Positions 29,601-38,490 of a stretch of DNA of 64,000 nt are shown piece after piece (position 1 is the first letter of the stretch; each line of letters opens with the position of its first letter). The DNA comes from Antedon mediterranea (Eukaryota; Animalia; Echinodermata). Made by a program: the position numbers and the translations under genes. The notes beneath the pieces are model-generated. The model worked only from the letters and a program-made list of their open reading frames with translations. It was not told where the DNA came from and made no database searches. The stretch spans positions 19,155,648 through 19,219,647 of the forward strand of contig NC_092673.1 of assembly GCF_964355755.1 (NCBI RefSeq), in the 5' to 3' direction.

Positions 29601-32600
29601 TGGTGCCCCATGCTGAATGAGACACGTCACTATTTCTAAGGTAGGTTGTGTATATTCAATCCTCAGATATGAATGTAATGGAGTGTCACCATACTGGAAA
29701 GGAAAGCATTTTTTTGTAAGGTAAGAGAGGGAGCAGGTTATTAATTAATAATTATTTGTTATTAAAATCAGATTCTATTAATTTTGTGTAACATAAACCT
29801 TTTTTATTTGTTATTTTATTATTAATCAATGTAGTCCCATTTTATTTCATCTTTACAATTAATTAGACCATTGTCAATCATTGTTATCTTTACAGCTACA
29901 TATGAGCAATTTATATTTGTTTTACGGTCAAAAATAGTTAAACAAAATTATACCGATTCACCTGAATATAAAAAATTACAAGTACTGATTTTTAACACCC
30001 AATGAAACCAATATCATAATTAAGTTAAGTTAGATATTAACGATAACAAATTTAATTTAAACCATTTGCCTTGATGAAAATCATATCATATCATGAAGCC
30101 TGATACCATCCCATCATCAAATGTACCAAGACAGGAATTTGGTGAACAATACCATGTAATAAACAAAATGAAGGTAATTCTCAGGATGACAATTATATTT
30201 GACTACATAAATTCCAACATATCTGTATTTATTTGCTTTGTGTACAGTGCAACTTAGACAATTTTCAGTTATTTACTGAAGTTTATTTATTCGAGAACCA
30301 TTAATTACCAGTATATCAAATTTTAACTGGCAACTTTAATAGAATCATTTTTTCCAAAAAGTCATAAGATACAGTAAGATACGGCACTGTTTGAAAAGAA
30401 TAATTTCATATTAAATTTCTTTTTGAAATTGCATTGCTCAAACATTTTTACTAAACTAAACATTTTTCTTCCTTTTGTGCAAAATGTTTGTTTGGAAAAG
30501 GATCTCTTTAAACCCATCTGTATGTGATAAGACTGACAGAAGTATTTTGTTGTAAAGTAAGTAAAGGGCAGGAGCAGGTTATTAACAATTAATAATCCTT
30601 TTTTATTGAAATCAGATTCTATTTATAACATAAACATGTTTTAATTTGTTATTTTATTAATAGTCAATGTAGTTGTCCCATTTTATTTCGTATTTACAAT
30701 TAATTAGACCATTGTCAATCGTTATCTTTGAAGTACATACAGTAATAATGAGCACTTTATATTTGTTTTACGGTCATAAAAATGTAAACAACATTGTAGG
30801 TTTCTATTAGGCGTCATGTCCAAATGTTTCAAACTGACAAAGCGTGTTAATCGCGTTTTCTTTTGTTTTAGCGTTAGCGTGAAAATTCTAAAATCGTCAG
30901 ACCGTTTGGAAAATGGACAATATGCATAGCTTGTATAGTTCCGCCCACTAACATGCTTGACTGATTTTTACGAATCGTTTAACGTCGTTGCGAATCGCTT
31001 TGTGAACGTCGTTTAACGATGAGTCATCACACACAGGCCCAAACAATTCGTTTCAGTTTGTAGCTGAATTGTATTCCAGGGGTGCCGATCTCAAACATCA
31101 TTCTAAAATGTTTACAAGTTCGTAACCTCAATAAATAATTTAATATTAATAATAAACAGGGGCCTGGAATGTTTTTCTTTTACATAGCCAACTGAAAATA
31201 TCGTTAGGAAGTTCATACGATGAACTAAGCACCTGAGACAATAGCAACACGATGTGCCACGTAGTCTCACTTCTAAATGCATTAGCGAACGTCTACAGTA
31301 GCCGATCGATAAAAAAAAAGGTCTTCTAAAAATAGCAGCAGTGAATGCTCGGCCGACCGTCGGTGTTCGCGCGCTCATAGATTGCAGGCCGATAACATAA
31401 GTTAAACAAGTACCTAGATGTTGGTCACGCGATATCCTCTTTCTCCTCCTGTTCACAGCGCTCACATGTTTTTACTTCAAATTCTGCCGGTCGGTAATCT
31501 TATTTAGATCGTTGAAAAGATGACTGATCATTAATTTAATTCATTTAATGTTTGATTCTATTTTTGTGCTTTATTTTATTTTGTTTATCTTTATAAATTT
31601 GATTTATTTTAATTTAATTTTTATTGTTATATATGTCTCGTCATATTGTAATTTTGTGAGGGTCCCTAATGATCAGCTTCGGCTGGATGGACCACCCTCG
31701 TAAAATATTCTTGAAAATAAATATATAAATCATTGGCTATTTTTCCGTTGCACAAGGGCCTAGTTGTATTAATAATAATAATTATTATACTTATTAAACA
31801 AGGAATATATTGATTTTGTATTTATTTTGTGAAGGCTTTTGAACTTTGTCGTCGCTGTATTTTTAAATTTGTTAACTAAGTTAGAATTTACTAGCATAAT
31901 ATAATACTGTAAAACCAGACACTTTTGTGACATAAAACTTTCGCAAATTTGAAAAGTACAAGTAAATAACTGTATACTGTAAAAAAAAGATCGCGTTAAT
32001 CCATTGTGGATGCGATCTTCGTATATATCGAACATCCGTCGATCCAGAAACGATGCCCACAAAAAAGATGGTAAAACATTCATTCTAAATATGGTATCAA
32101 AACGTTCAAGTCGCTCAAAAAGAATGCCGACAGAAGACCGTAATTAATACAGACCTGGGTTTTTTGGCATGAAACGCGATACTACTCGATGTTTTACCTC
32201 AACCTCTAACATGATATTTTTTAACTCAGTACGTCCATTAGAGGGTGGTGGATGCTGTGCTGACGACAATAAAACAGTAATTAAGATCGTGTACCTGCAT
32301 TTCCTCTATTTATATCTAAACTGTTCCCAGACTCCGATCCACTCGCATGTTTTTCCCACTCCAAATTCTGGTCTGGCCTTTCTCTTTACACAATATATTA
32401 ATCATTTAAAAGGCCTATGACTGGTAAATCTTAACATGGAATATATATTTATTTTGCTTATATTTTGTTGGTGTTCTAGCCTAGGTGTTGTTATTTTTAT
32501 AATTCGCTAACCCAAGGTAGGATTAAATAATTTATAGTGTAGGCCGCCGACCTGAACTCTCTCTGTGTGAGCTGACTGAGGTCCACGGGCCCGATGTCGT

Positions 32601-35600
32601 CTCGTGGGCTGATGTTTCCGGCCAAATTAGGATAATTGATGCATAGGGCGGCTACAAAAATTGACGTCTTCCAGCTTTAAATAGGATTTTAATTAGCGAA
32701 CAATACATTGTTTGTGTGTATTGTCACTGCTTCTAAAGGCGATGACACATAGACAATCAATGTTTAACGCTAACGCGCGTCTAACGGCTAAACAATTACA
32801 GTGGGCGGTACATGTATACTAAATGCATAAATTAATTAGCTCTTTTACGATCGTTGCACGCGTTAAACGATCAAGCTATCAACGGTGACCGTTTGACGCG
32901 GTTTGTACATTTGGAAACATTTGGACATGACGCCTTATGAAGATTTTTTTGTTCATTAGAAATAAGAGATTTATGTTATTTGATATGTAACTACACTTAA
33001 ATCAGTTCATAAATCAAATGAACTATTTAGTTTTTTATTTGGTTTGTTGTAAAAAAAAAAAAGTGAGTGTGTATTTATTTTTCTTTAATACTTTTTCTCT
33101 AATTAATTGTAACATTTTTCACAAAATCATGTCTGGTATGCTTCATTTAGATTCTGCTAAGCTTTGATTTATTTATATTATTATTTTTAGCCTAATGTTG
33201 TTAATCAGTGCATGCAGGTTATACCTCCATCATCAGTGTGTATTTATATTATTATTTTTAGCCTTGTGTGGTTAATCAGTACATGCAGGTTATACCCCCA
33301 TCATGAGTGTGTATTTATATTATTATTTTTAGCCTAATGTGGTTAATCAGTACATGCAGGTTATACCCCCCCATCATCAGTGTGTATTTATATTATTATT
33401 TTTAGCCTAATGTTGTTAATCAGTACATGCAGGTTATACCTCCATCATCAGTGTGTATTTATATTATTATTTTTAGCCTAATGTGGTTAATCAGTACATG
33501 CAGGTTATACCCCCATCATCAGTGTGTATTTATATTATTATTTTTAGCCTAATGTTGTTAATCAGTGCATGCAGGTTATACCTCCATCATCAGTGTGTAT
33601 TTATATTATTATTTTTAGCCTTATGTGGTTAATCAGTACATGCAGGTTATACCCCCATCATGAGTGTGTATTTATATTATTATTTTTAGCCTAATGTGGT
33701 TAATCAGTACATGCAGGTTATACCTCCATCATCAGTGTGTATTTATATTATTATTTTTAGCCTAATGTGGTTAATCAGTACATGCAGGTTATACCTCCAT
33801 CATCAGTGTGTATTTATATTATTATTTTTAGCCTAATGTGGTTAATCAGTGCATGCAGGTTATACCCCTATCATCAGTGTGTATTTATATTATTATTTTT
33901 AGCCTAATGTTGTTAATCAGTACATGCAGGTTATACCTCCATCATCAGTGTGTATTTATATTATTATTTTTAGCCTAATGTTGTTAATCAGTGCATGCAG
34001 GTTATACCTCCATCATCAGTGTGTATTTATATTATTATTTTTAGCCTAATGTTGTTAATCAGTACATGCAGGTTATACCCCCATCATCAGTGTGTATTTA
34101 TATTATTATTTTTAGCCTAATGTTGTTAATCAGTACATGCAGGTTATACCCCCATCATCAGTGTGTATTTATATTATTATTTTTAGCCTAATGTGGTTAA
34201 TCAGTACATGCAGGTTATACCTCCATCATCAGTGTGTATTTATATTATTATTTTTAGCCTAATGTGGTTAATCAGTACATGCTGGTTATACCCCCATCAT
34301 CAGTGTGTATTTATATTATTATTTTTAGCCTAATGTTGTTAATCAGTACATGCAGGTTATACCTCCATCATCAGTGTGTATTTATATTATTATTTTTAGC
34401 CTAATGTGGTTAATCAGTACATGCAGGTTATACCCCCATCATCAGTGTGTATTTATATTATTATTTATAGCCTAATGTGGTTAATCAGTACATGCAGGTT
34501 CAGGCGCGGATTCAAGGGGGGGGGCTACTGTACTTTATTAATTGTGCGAGGTACTTTCGAATTTGTTGCGGACTTCTTTAATTGTGCGAGGAGCTTTCGA
34601 ATTTGTTGCGGACTTCTTTAATTGTGCGAGGAGCTTTCGAATTTGTTGCAGACTTCTTTAATTGTGCGAGGAGCTTTCGAATTTGTTGCGGACTTCTTTA
34701 ATTGTGCTTAATAGCTCTTCTTTAATTCCGCGTTTCTTCTTTATTTGTGCATTTCGTTTTATATTTTCATGCTTTCTTTTGTTTATATGCGATTCCTTCT
34801 TTAATTGTGTGATTTCTTCTTTGTGTGATTCCTTCTTTAATTGTGTGAATATGATTTATATAGTGTGCGTGACAGTTGTGGGCCACCGTACCCTAGAGTA
34901 TTAGCAGATCCCCTCTATGATTTTGACTTTCTAATTTGATGCGGGCGCCCTACTCCATGGCTCACAATGGCGCCACCCATAGCTCTATTCTATCCCACAA
35001 TGCCTTTCGAAATTGTTACGCGCTTCGGACGAACAGGAGATTCTTGTGTTATAGGTTCTTTGATGCATATTCATAATAATGCTCCCCTAAAATGGGACGA
35101 AATAGGACGCCCTCACTTGGATTTTCAGAGAAAGTCTTTGGGAAAAATACTTTCGCCACCCTGAAGTTCGGAACTGTGTATAGGTGAGGTGTGAATAGGT
35201 GAGGTGTGCAACAGATGATCGAATCAGAGTGCGTTAGTAGTGATCTCGAACACCATAAAATGCATTTTTTTTCTGGGCTTCGCCCAGTGTATTTAGTCTC
35301 TGCGATCGCGTGTGCCCCCACCGCAAAAATAATCCTGGATCCGCCCCTGCAGGTTATACCTCCATCATCAGTGTGTATTTATATTATTATTTTTAGCCTA
35401 ATGTGGTTAATCAGTACATGCAGGTTATACCTCCATCATCAGTGTGTATTTATATTATTATTTTTAGCCTAATGTTTAATCAGTACATGCAGGTTATACC
35501 CCCATCATCAGTGTGTATTTATATTATTATTTTTAGCCTAATGTGGTTAATCAGTACATGCAGGTTATACCCCCATCATCAGTGTGTATTTATATTATTA

Positions 35601-37836
35601 TTTTTAGCCTAATGTGGTTAATCAGTGAATGCAGGTTATACTTCCATCATCAGTGTGTATTTATATTATTATTTTTAGCCTAATATGGTTAATCAGTACA
35701 TGCAGGTTATACCTCCATCATCAGTGTGTATTTATATTATTATTTTTAGCCTAATGTTGTTAATCAGTGCATGCAGGTTATACCCCTATTATCAGTGTGT
35801 ATTTATATTATTATTTTTAGCCTAATGTGGTTAATCAGTGCATGCAGGTTATACCCCCATCATCAGTGTGTATTTATATTATTATTTTTAGCCTAATGTG
35901 GTTAATCAGTACATGCAGGTTATACCTCCATCATCAGTGTGTATTTATATTATTATTTTTAGCCTAATGTGGTTAATCAGTACATGCAGGTTATCCCCAT
36001 CATCAGTGTGTATTTATATTATTATTTTTAGCCTAATGTGGTTAAAGCCTGTTTTCCTGTCGACGTTGAAATACGTTGAGTTGCGTTGAGTTTAAAATCG
36101 TTAAAGTTGAAAATAAAATAACGATGACGATGATCGAGTCGGACCGCTAATATTTACACATTTTTACGCGATCGTTTATAGTTTCTTGGTTCTCTCGAGC
36201 GTTGCTGGGACACGCGGACGTGAAGTGTTGCAAAACTAAAGCCGGCCACGCGCAGCCGGGACCGCGTGAAAATTGAAAAAGTTACGGGTTTTGATGCTTA
36301 AACCCAGCCTAGGACATACTTTCGTTGATATCTTAATCTAGGATTCTAGGCTTACACTAAAGACAAACATTAAATTTAATTGGTTTAATATTATAATTTA
36401 ATTTAACTTACACTTGTTTTTTTTAAATATCAGACCTTAAAAGTGTACAAAAAAGGTGAAAAACATCGTCGCGTTGTAAACATTCAAGAATTGTCAGCGC
36501 GTACCTATTTTGTCACAAACTGCAATGACGTAATTTGTGGACCATTTGATTGGTCAGTTTTAACGATCGTAACGATCGTAATCGTTAAAGTTGAACCAAG
36601 TTCAACTTTAACGATTTAAGATTTTAACGATTTTCAACGTTAATTTTTACCCCCTTTTCCTGTTAAATCGTTGAATATGTCAACTCAACGCAACTCAACG
36701 TAACTTAACGTCGACAGGAAAACAGGCTTAATCAGTACATGCAGATTATCCCCATCATCAGTGTGTATTTATATTATTATTTTTAGCCTAATGTTGTTAA
36801 TCAGTACATGCAGGTTATACCCCCATCATCAGTGTGTATTTATATTATTATATTATTATTTTTAGCCTAATGTGGTTAATCAGTGCATGCAGGTTATACC
36901 TCCATCATCAGTGTGTATTTATATTATTATTTTTAGCCTAATGTGGTTAATCAGTACATGCAGGTTATACCTCCATCATCAGTGTGTATTTATATTATTA
37001 TTTTTAGCCTAATGTGGTTAATCAGTACATGCAGGTTATACCTCCATCATCAGTGTGTATTTATATTATTATTTTTAGCCTAATGTGGTTAATCAGTGCA
37101 TGCAGGTTATACCCCTATCATCAGTGTGTATTTATATTATTATTTTTAGCCTAATGTTGTTAATCAGTACATGCAGGTTATACCTCCATCATCAGTGTGT
37201 ATTTATATTATTATTTTTAGCCTAATGTGGTTAATCAGAACATGCAGGTTATACCCCCATCATCAGTGTGTATTTATATTATTATTTTTAGCCTAATGTG
37301 GTTAATCAGTGCATGCAGGTCTTACCAACATCATTAGTGTGATATTGCAAAATAATTGTAATTCATTATATAAAAAAATGTTATAATAAATAATAAAGAA
37401 AATTACAATCTCTATAATTTTAAACTTTAATTAAATTTCTTCTTTGATAATATTATAAAAATAATGTACATCTTGTTTTAAATACCTCATTGATAGATTT
37501 CACAAGATCTGGTTGCGTCTTACAAATTTGTTTAATTGTTTGCAAATCACTCCTCCTGTACAACAAAGCTTTTTCTAATTTGTTCCTGTTAAAATGTAAG
37601 AAATAATGAATTATTACACTATTTTATGAAAATGATGATTTATGGAAATAATCAATATCATCATTATATTTGATGAGAATGAGCCCTTTAATTGTAATAT
37701 TTATAATTTCATAATCTTTTAAGAAAGTTTTAAAGTATTGCTAACTATTCAAACATTTTAATTTGTTTTAACATTTACATATTGGAGCTGGTTATTTTTG
37801 TTGGATTTGAAATAAAAAACAAACGTACCTTTCCAT
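907..37836 (-). CDS. Multi-exon gene: ankyrin-repeat array plus 2x (ZU5-UPA-like) protein, about 990 aa in the exons found; 3' end uncertain
   Basis: 22 exons with canonical AG/GT borders and mutually compatible phases join into one stop-free frame (2968 nt): 37829-37836, 37486-37585, 29583-29693, 29258-29365, 27682-27786, 26124-26234, 23246-23356, 22900-23022, 21443-21550, 17742-17852, 15036-15120, 12606-12698, 9152-9229, 7718-8244, 7223-7357, 4982-5123, 4732-4761, 3295-3824, 2538-2672, 1895-2036, 1711-1734, 907-957. Confidence 0.8.
1092..1274. mobile_element. MITE with 31-bp TIRs, TTAA flanks (Harbinger- or Kolobok-type)
   Basis: ggccaatttacacagacaagcggtaacggta versus its reverse complement at 1244-1274, one mismatch. 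Confidence 0.8.
2645..2898. repeat. 127-bp direct tandem duplication spanning a splice acceptor
   Basis: 2645-2771 and 2772-2898 are nearly identical. Confidence 0.9.
3295..3824 (-). CDS. ZU5 domain exon, module 2, with HFS motif
   Basis: ISPIVKCGPEGTIFNKQCLLSFPH...ININHFSLFAL; same exon borders as 7718-8244. Confidence 0.9.
3853..4395. mobile_element. Kolobok-like non-autonomous element containing a nested Academ-like MITE (3911-4278)
   Basis: Outer ends attgtcccc / ggggacaat, with a related copy at about 48790-49020. Inner TIRs taggctaggcaatctagc / gctagattccctagccta with an ATA target duplication. Confidence 0.65.
4732..7357 (-). CDS. Module 1 UPA-like exons (7223-7357, 4982-5123) and a 30-nt micro-exon (4732-4761)
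   Basis: Open, phase-compatible exons (KIQKEQLQFGEQLLQPPEN..., IIFAENIWCKSPSKTF..., CDFETSSSNP), each with a paralog in module 2 (same length for the two larger exons). The E..GGxLLxxP-like motif fits the UPA region that follows ZU5. Confidence 0.78.
5544..6797 (-). mobile_element. Non-autonomous Helitron-like element
   Basis: Minus strand a|TCTATATAAA...CTAG|t with an imperfect hairpin before CTAG; about 400 bp recur at 11045-11452. Confidence 0.6.
7718..8244 (-). CDS. ZU5 domain exon, module 1 (plus start of the UPA-like region)
   Basis: GGTL...I..GAI...ISPIVKCGPEGTSFNKPCLLSFPH matches the ZU5 pattern of UNC5/ankyrin/PIDD proteins; ctgcag / gtaatt borders. Confidence 0.9.
9152..9229 (-). 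CDS. Linker exon L2 (DLPSLASEHFEKLMVEEQKTKLKPVI)
   Basis: 78 nt, phase 1-1, tttttag / gtgagt borders. Confidence 0.7.
9598..10267. mobile_element. Tc1/mariner-pogo-like MITE
   Basis: Inverted ends tactgacgcgggtataagccca / tgggcttatacccacgtcagta; repeated internal gggcttataccc motifs; right tip incomplete. Confidence 0.6.
11455..12295 (-). mobile_element. Internally deleted copy of the Helentron/HINE-like family at 51289-54382
   Basis: Reverse-complement match to about 53430-54252 and to the 5' end ttaggttatatgcattatcatgc. Confidence 0.75.
12606..12698 (-). CDS. Linker exon L1 (DLTSTVDEQFQTQFQKHTSDKQKTKLLKPES)
   Basis: 93 nt, phase 1-1, tttttag / gtgagt borders; paralog of 9152-9229. Confidence 0.7.
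15036..15120 (-). CDS. Ankyrin C-cap-like exon (DGNTLVSLLESNRWIEEQRKTEILNFLE)
   Basis: ttttaatag acceptor, G|gtaatt donor, phase 0 to 1; begins DGNT like the repeats. Confidence 0.75.
15534..16198 (-). mobile_element. Helentron-associated (HINE/DINE-1-like) non-autonomous element
   Basis: Sub-terminal inverted repeat tacctccgcc / ggcggaggta, palindrome acctccttggcggaggt, hairpin cactc-cga-gagtg next to aactag. Confidence 0.65.
16271..16345 (-). pseudogene. Decayed ninth ankyrin exon (pseudo-exon)
   Basis: Both flanks of the repeat unit are present (atccctgtacattacc and atactgacaacagacattatgtg), but only about 23 nt of the exon 3' end remain and the normal acceptor is deleted. Confidence 0.7.
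17742..17852 (-). CDS. Ankyrin repeat exon A8 (DGNTPLHSYLWSGYTVPTLEIVTCLIQHGAPVALQNK)
   Basis: 111 nt, phase 0-0, ctttccag / gtaatg borders. Confidence 0.88.
18315..20895 (+). mobile_element. 5'-truncated, frameshifted non-LTR retrotransposon (LINE ORF2; RTE-X/CR1-group-like), copy 1
   Basis: RT motifs KAPGIDG, NYRGVSL, FIDLKRAFDSI, QGSPLS, YADD; C-terminal CxxC...H...C motif; (TGAA)n tail at 20848-20895; no endonuclease domain. Confidence 0.92.
21443..21550 (-). CDS. Ankyrin repeat exon A7 (DGNTILHDYLRNEYTPTLEIVTCLIQHGAPVALQNK)
   Basis: 108 nt, phase 0-0, ctttctag / gtaaat borders. Confidence 0.88.
22900..23022 (-). CDS. Ankyrin repeat exon A6 (DGNTPLHMYLWGGYTHRDTAPTLEIVTCLIQHGAPVAWQNK)
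   Basis: 123 nt, phase 0-0, in-frame loop insertion; inside ORF 22873..23064. Confidence 0.9.
23246..23356 (-). CDS. Ankyrin repeat exon A5 (YGNTPLHSYLRSGYTVPTLEIVTCLIQHGAPVALQNK)
   Basis: 111 nt, phase 0-0; inside ORF 23210..23395. Confidence 0.9.
23815..25565 (+). mobile_element. Copy 2 of the same LINE insertion, with an 813-bp internal deletion of the RT core
   Basis: Same 5' junction and 3' flank as copy 1; joins caattaaag (copy 1 position 18809) to ttaacattgac (19623); shorter TGAA tail. Confidence 0.92.
26124..26234 (-). CDS. Ankyrin repeat exon A4 (YGDTLLHSYLRNEYTTPTLEILTCLIQHGAPVALQNK)
   Basis: 111 nt, phase 0-0; inside ORF 26088..26273. Confidence 0.9.
27682..27786 (-). CDS. Ankyrin repeat exon A3 (YGDTPLHSYLRSTAPTLEIVTCLIQHGAPLALQNK)
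   Basis: 105 nt, phase 0-0, canonical borders; not in the ORF track. Confidence 0.88.
29258..29365 (-). CDS. Ankyrin repeat exon A2 (HGNTPLHSYLWSGYTPTLEIVTCLIQHGAPVALQNK)
   Basis: 108 nt, phase 0-0, canonical borders; inside ORF 29222..29404. Confidence 0.9.
29583..29693 (-). CDS. Ankyrin repeat exon A1 (YGDTPLHSYLRIEYTQPTLEIVTCLIQHGAPVALQNM)
   Basis: GxTPLH...LIQHGA ankyrin motif; ctttccag / gtaatg borders; 111 nt, phase 0-0. Confidence 0.88.
30810..32934. mobile_element. PIF/Harbinger-type element with probable decayed transposase remnants
   Basis: TIRs ggcgtcatgtccaaatgtttc / gaaacatttggacatgacgcc with a TTA target duplication. ORF 31112..31465 (SARTPTVGRAF...RRPF) loosely resembles the Harbinger R..VERAFG.LK.RF motif. 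Confidence 0.75.
34501..35349. mobile_element. hAT-like non-autonomous element inserted in the 71-bp array
   Basis: Imperfect TIRs caggcgcggattcaagg / tcctggatccgcccctg; caggtt duplicated on both sides; internal 40-bp repeat about 4 times at 34536-34706. Confidence 0.7.
36046..36728. mobile_element. PIF/Harbinger-type MITE inserted in the 71-bp array
   Basis: TIRs agcctgttttcctgtcgacgtt / aacgtcgacaggaaaacaggct, TAA target duplication. Confidence 0.85.
37486..37585 (-). CDS. Ankyrin N-cap-like exon (NKLEKALLYRRSDLQTIKQICKTQPDLVKSINE)
   Basis: ttttaacag acceptor, GAG|gtatt donor, phase 2 to 0; reads directly into YGDTPLH of the first repeat. Confidence 0.7.
37829..37836 (-). CDS. Putative start exon, coding part ATG GAA AG (M-E-R)
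   Basis: ATGGAAAG|gtacgt donor; phase 2 matches the next exon. Confidence 0.6.
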
Positions 37837-37994
37837 TTCAAAAATACAGTGTGTTCATTTAACAATTATTAATACGGATAGCTTCTAGTGTAAAAGTAAG
37901 CCTACACATTCTGTTCTGAAAATATGAAAGGTAAAACATAATTTCATCAGACAGAAACCTTTGCATTAAAGGCTACGACAATTCAATTGCACCG

Positions 37995-38490
37995 GTATGC
38001 TGGCATTACTGAATGAAGATGACCTGTATGCTGGCATTACTGAATGAAGATGATCTGTATGCTGGCATTACTGAATGAAGATGATCTGTATGCTGGCATT
38101 ACTGAATGAAGATGATCTGTATGCTGGCATTACTGAATGAAGATGACCTGTATGCTGGCATTACTGAATGAAGATGACCTATATGCTGGCATTACTGAAT
38201 GAAGATGACCTGTATGCTGGTGTTACTGAATGAAGATGACCTGTATACTGGTGTTACTGCATGAAGATGACCTGTATGTTGGCGTTACTGAATGAAGATG
38301 ACCTGTATGCTGGTGTTACTGAATGAAGATGATCTGTATGCTGGTGTTACTGCATGTAGATGACCTGTATGCTGGTGTTACTGAATGAAGATGATCTGTA
38401 TGCTGGTGTTACTGCATGTAGATGACCTGTATGCTGGTGTTACTGAATGAAGATGACCTGTATGCTGGTGTTACTGAATAAGATGACTCC
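37995..38490. repeat. 31-bp minisatellite, about 16 copies
   Basis: Unit tgtatgctggcattactgaatgaagatgacc; ggcatt variants on the left, ggtgtt variants on the right. Confidence 0.95.

Larger units (their letters stand above)
16271..33100. repeat. Tandem array of exon-bearing intron units (about 1.45-1.58 kb basic unit, with short and LINE-bearing variants)
   Basis: Near-identical intronic blocks recur with each ankyrin exon; exon-to-exon spacings 1451, 3701, 1457, 346, 2878, 1558, 1576, 325. The last exon-less unit is split by the 30810-32934 insertion. Confidence 0.92.
33170..37335. repeat. 71-bp minisatellite, about 37 copies, interrupted by two transposons
   Basis: Unit tttatattattatttttagcctaatgtggttaatcagtacatgcaggttatacctccatcatcagtgtgta. 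Confidence 0.95.

Noticed and set aside
34406-36089. ORFs MVNQYMQVIPPSS... and similar, also 44875..45096
   Set aside because: Translations of satellite units and MITE interiors.
907-37836. Assigning a gene symbol such as ANK1-3, UNC5 or PIDD1
   Set aside because: Repeat number, module order and the lack of a visible death, Ig/TSP, transmembrane or LRR domain do not match these genes.
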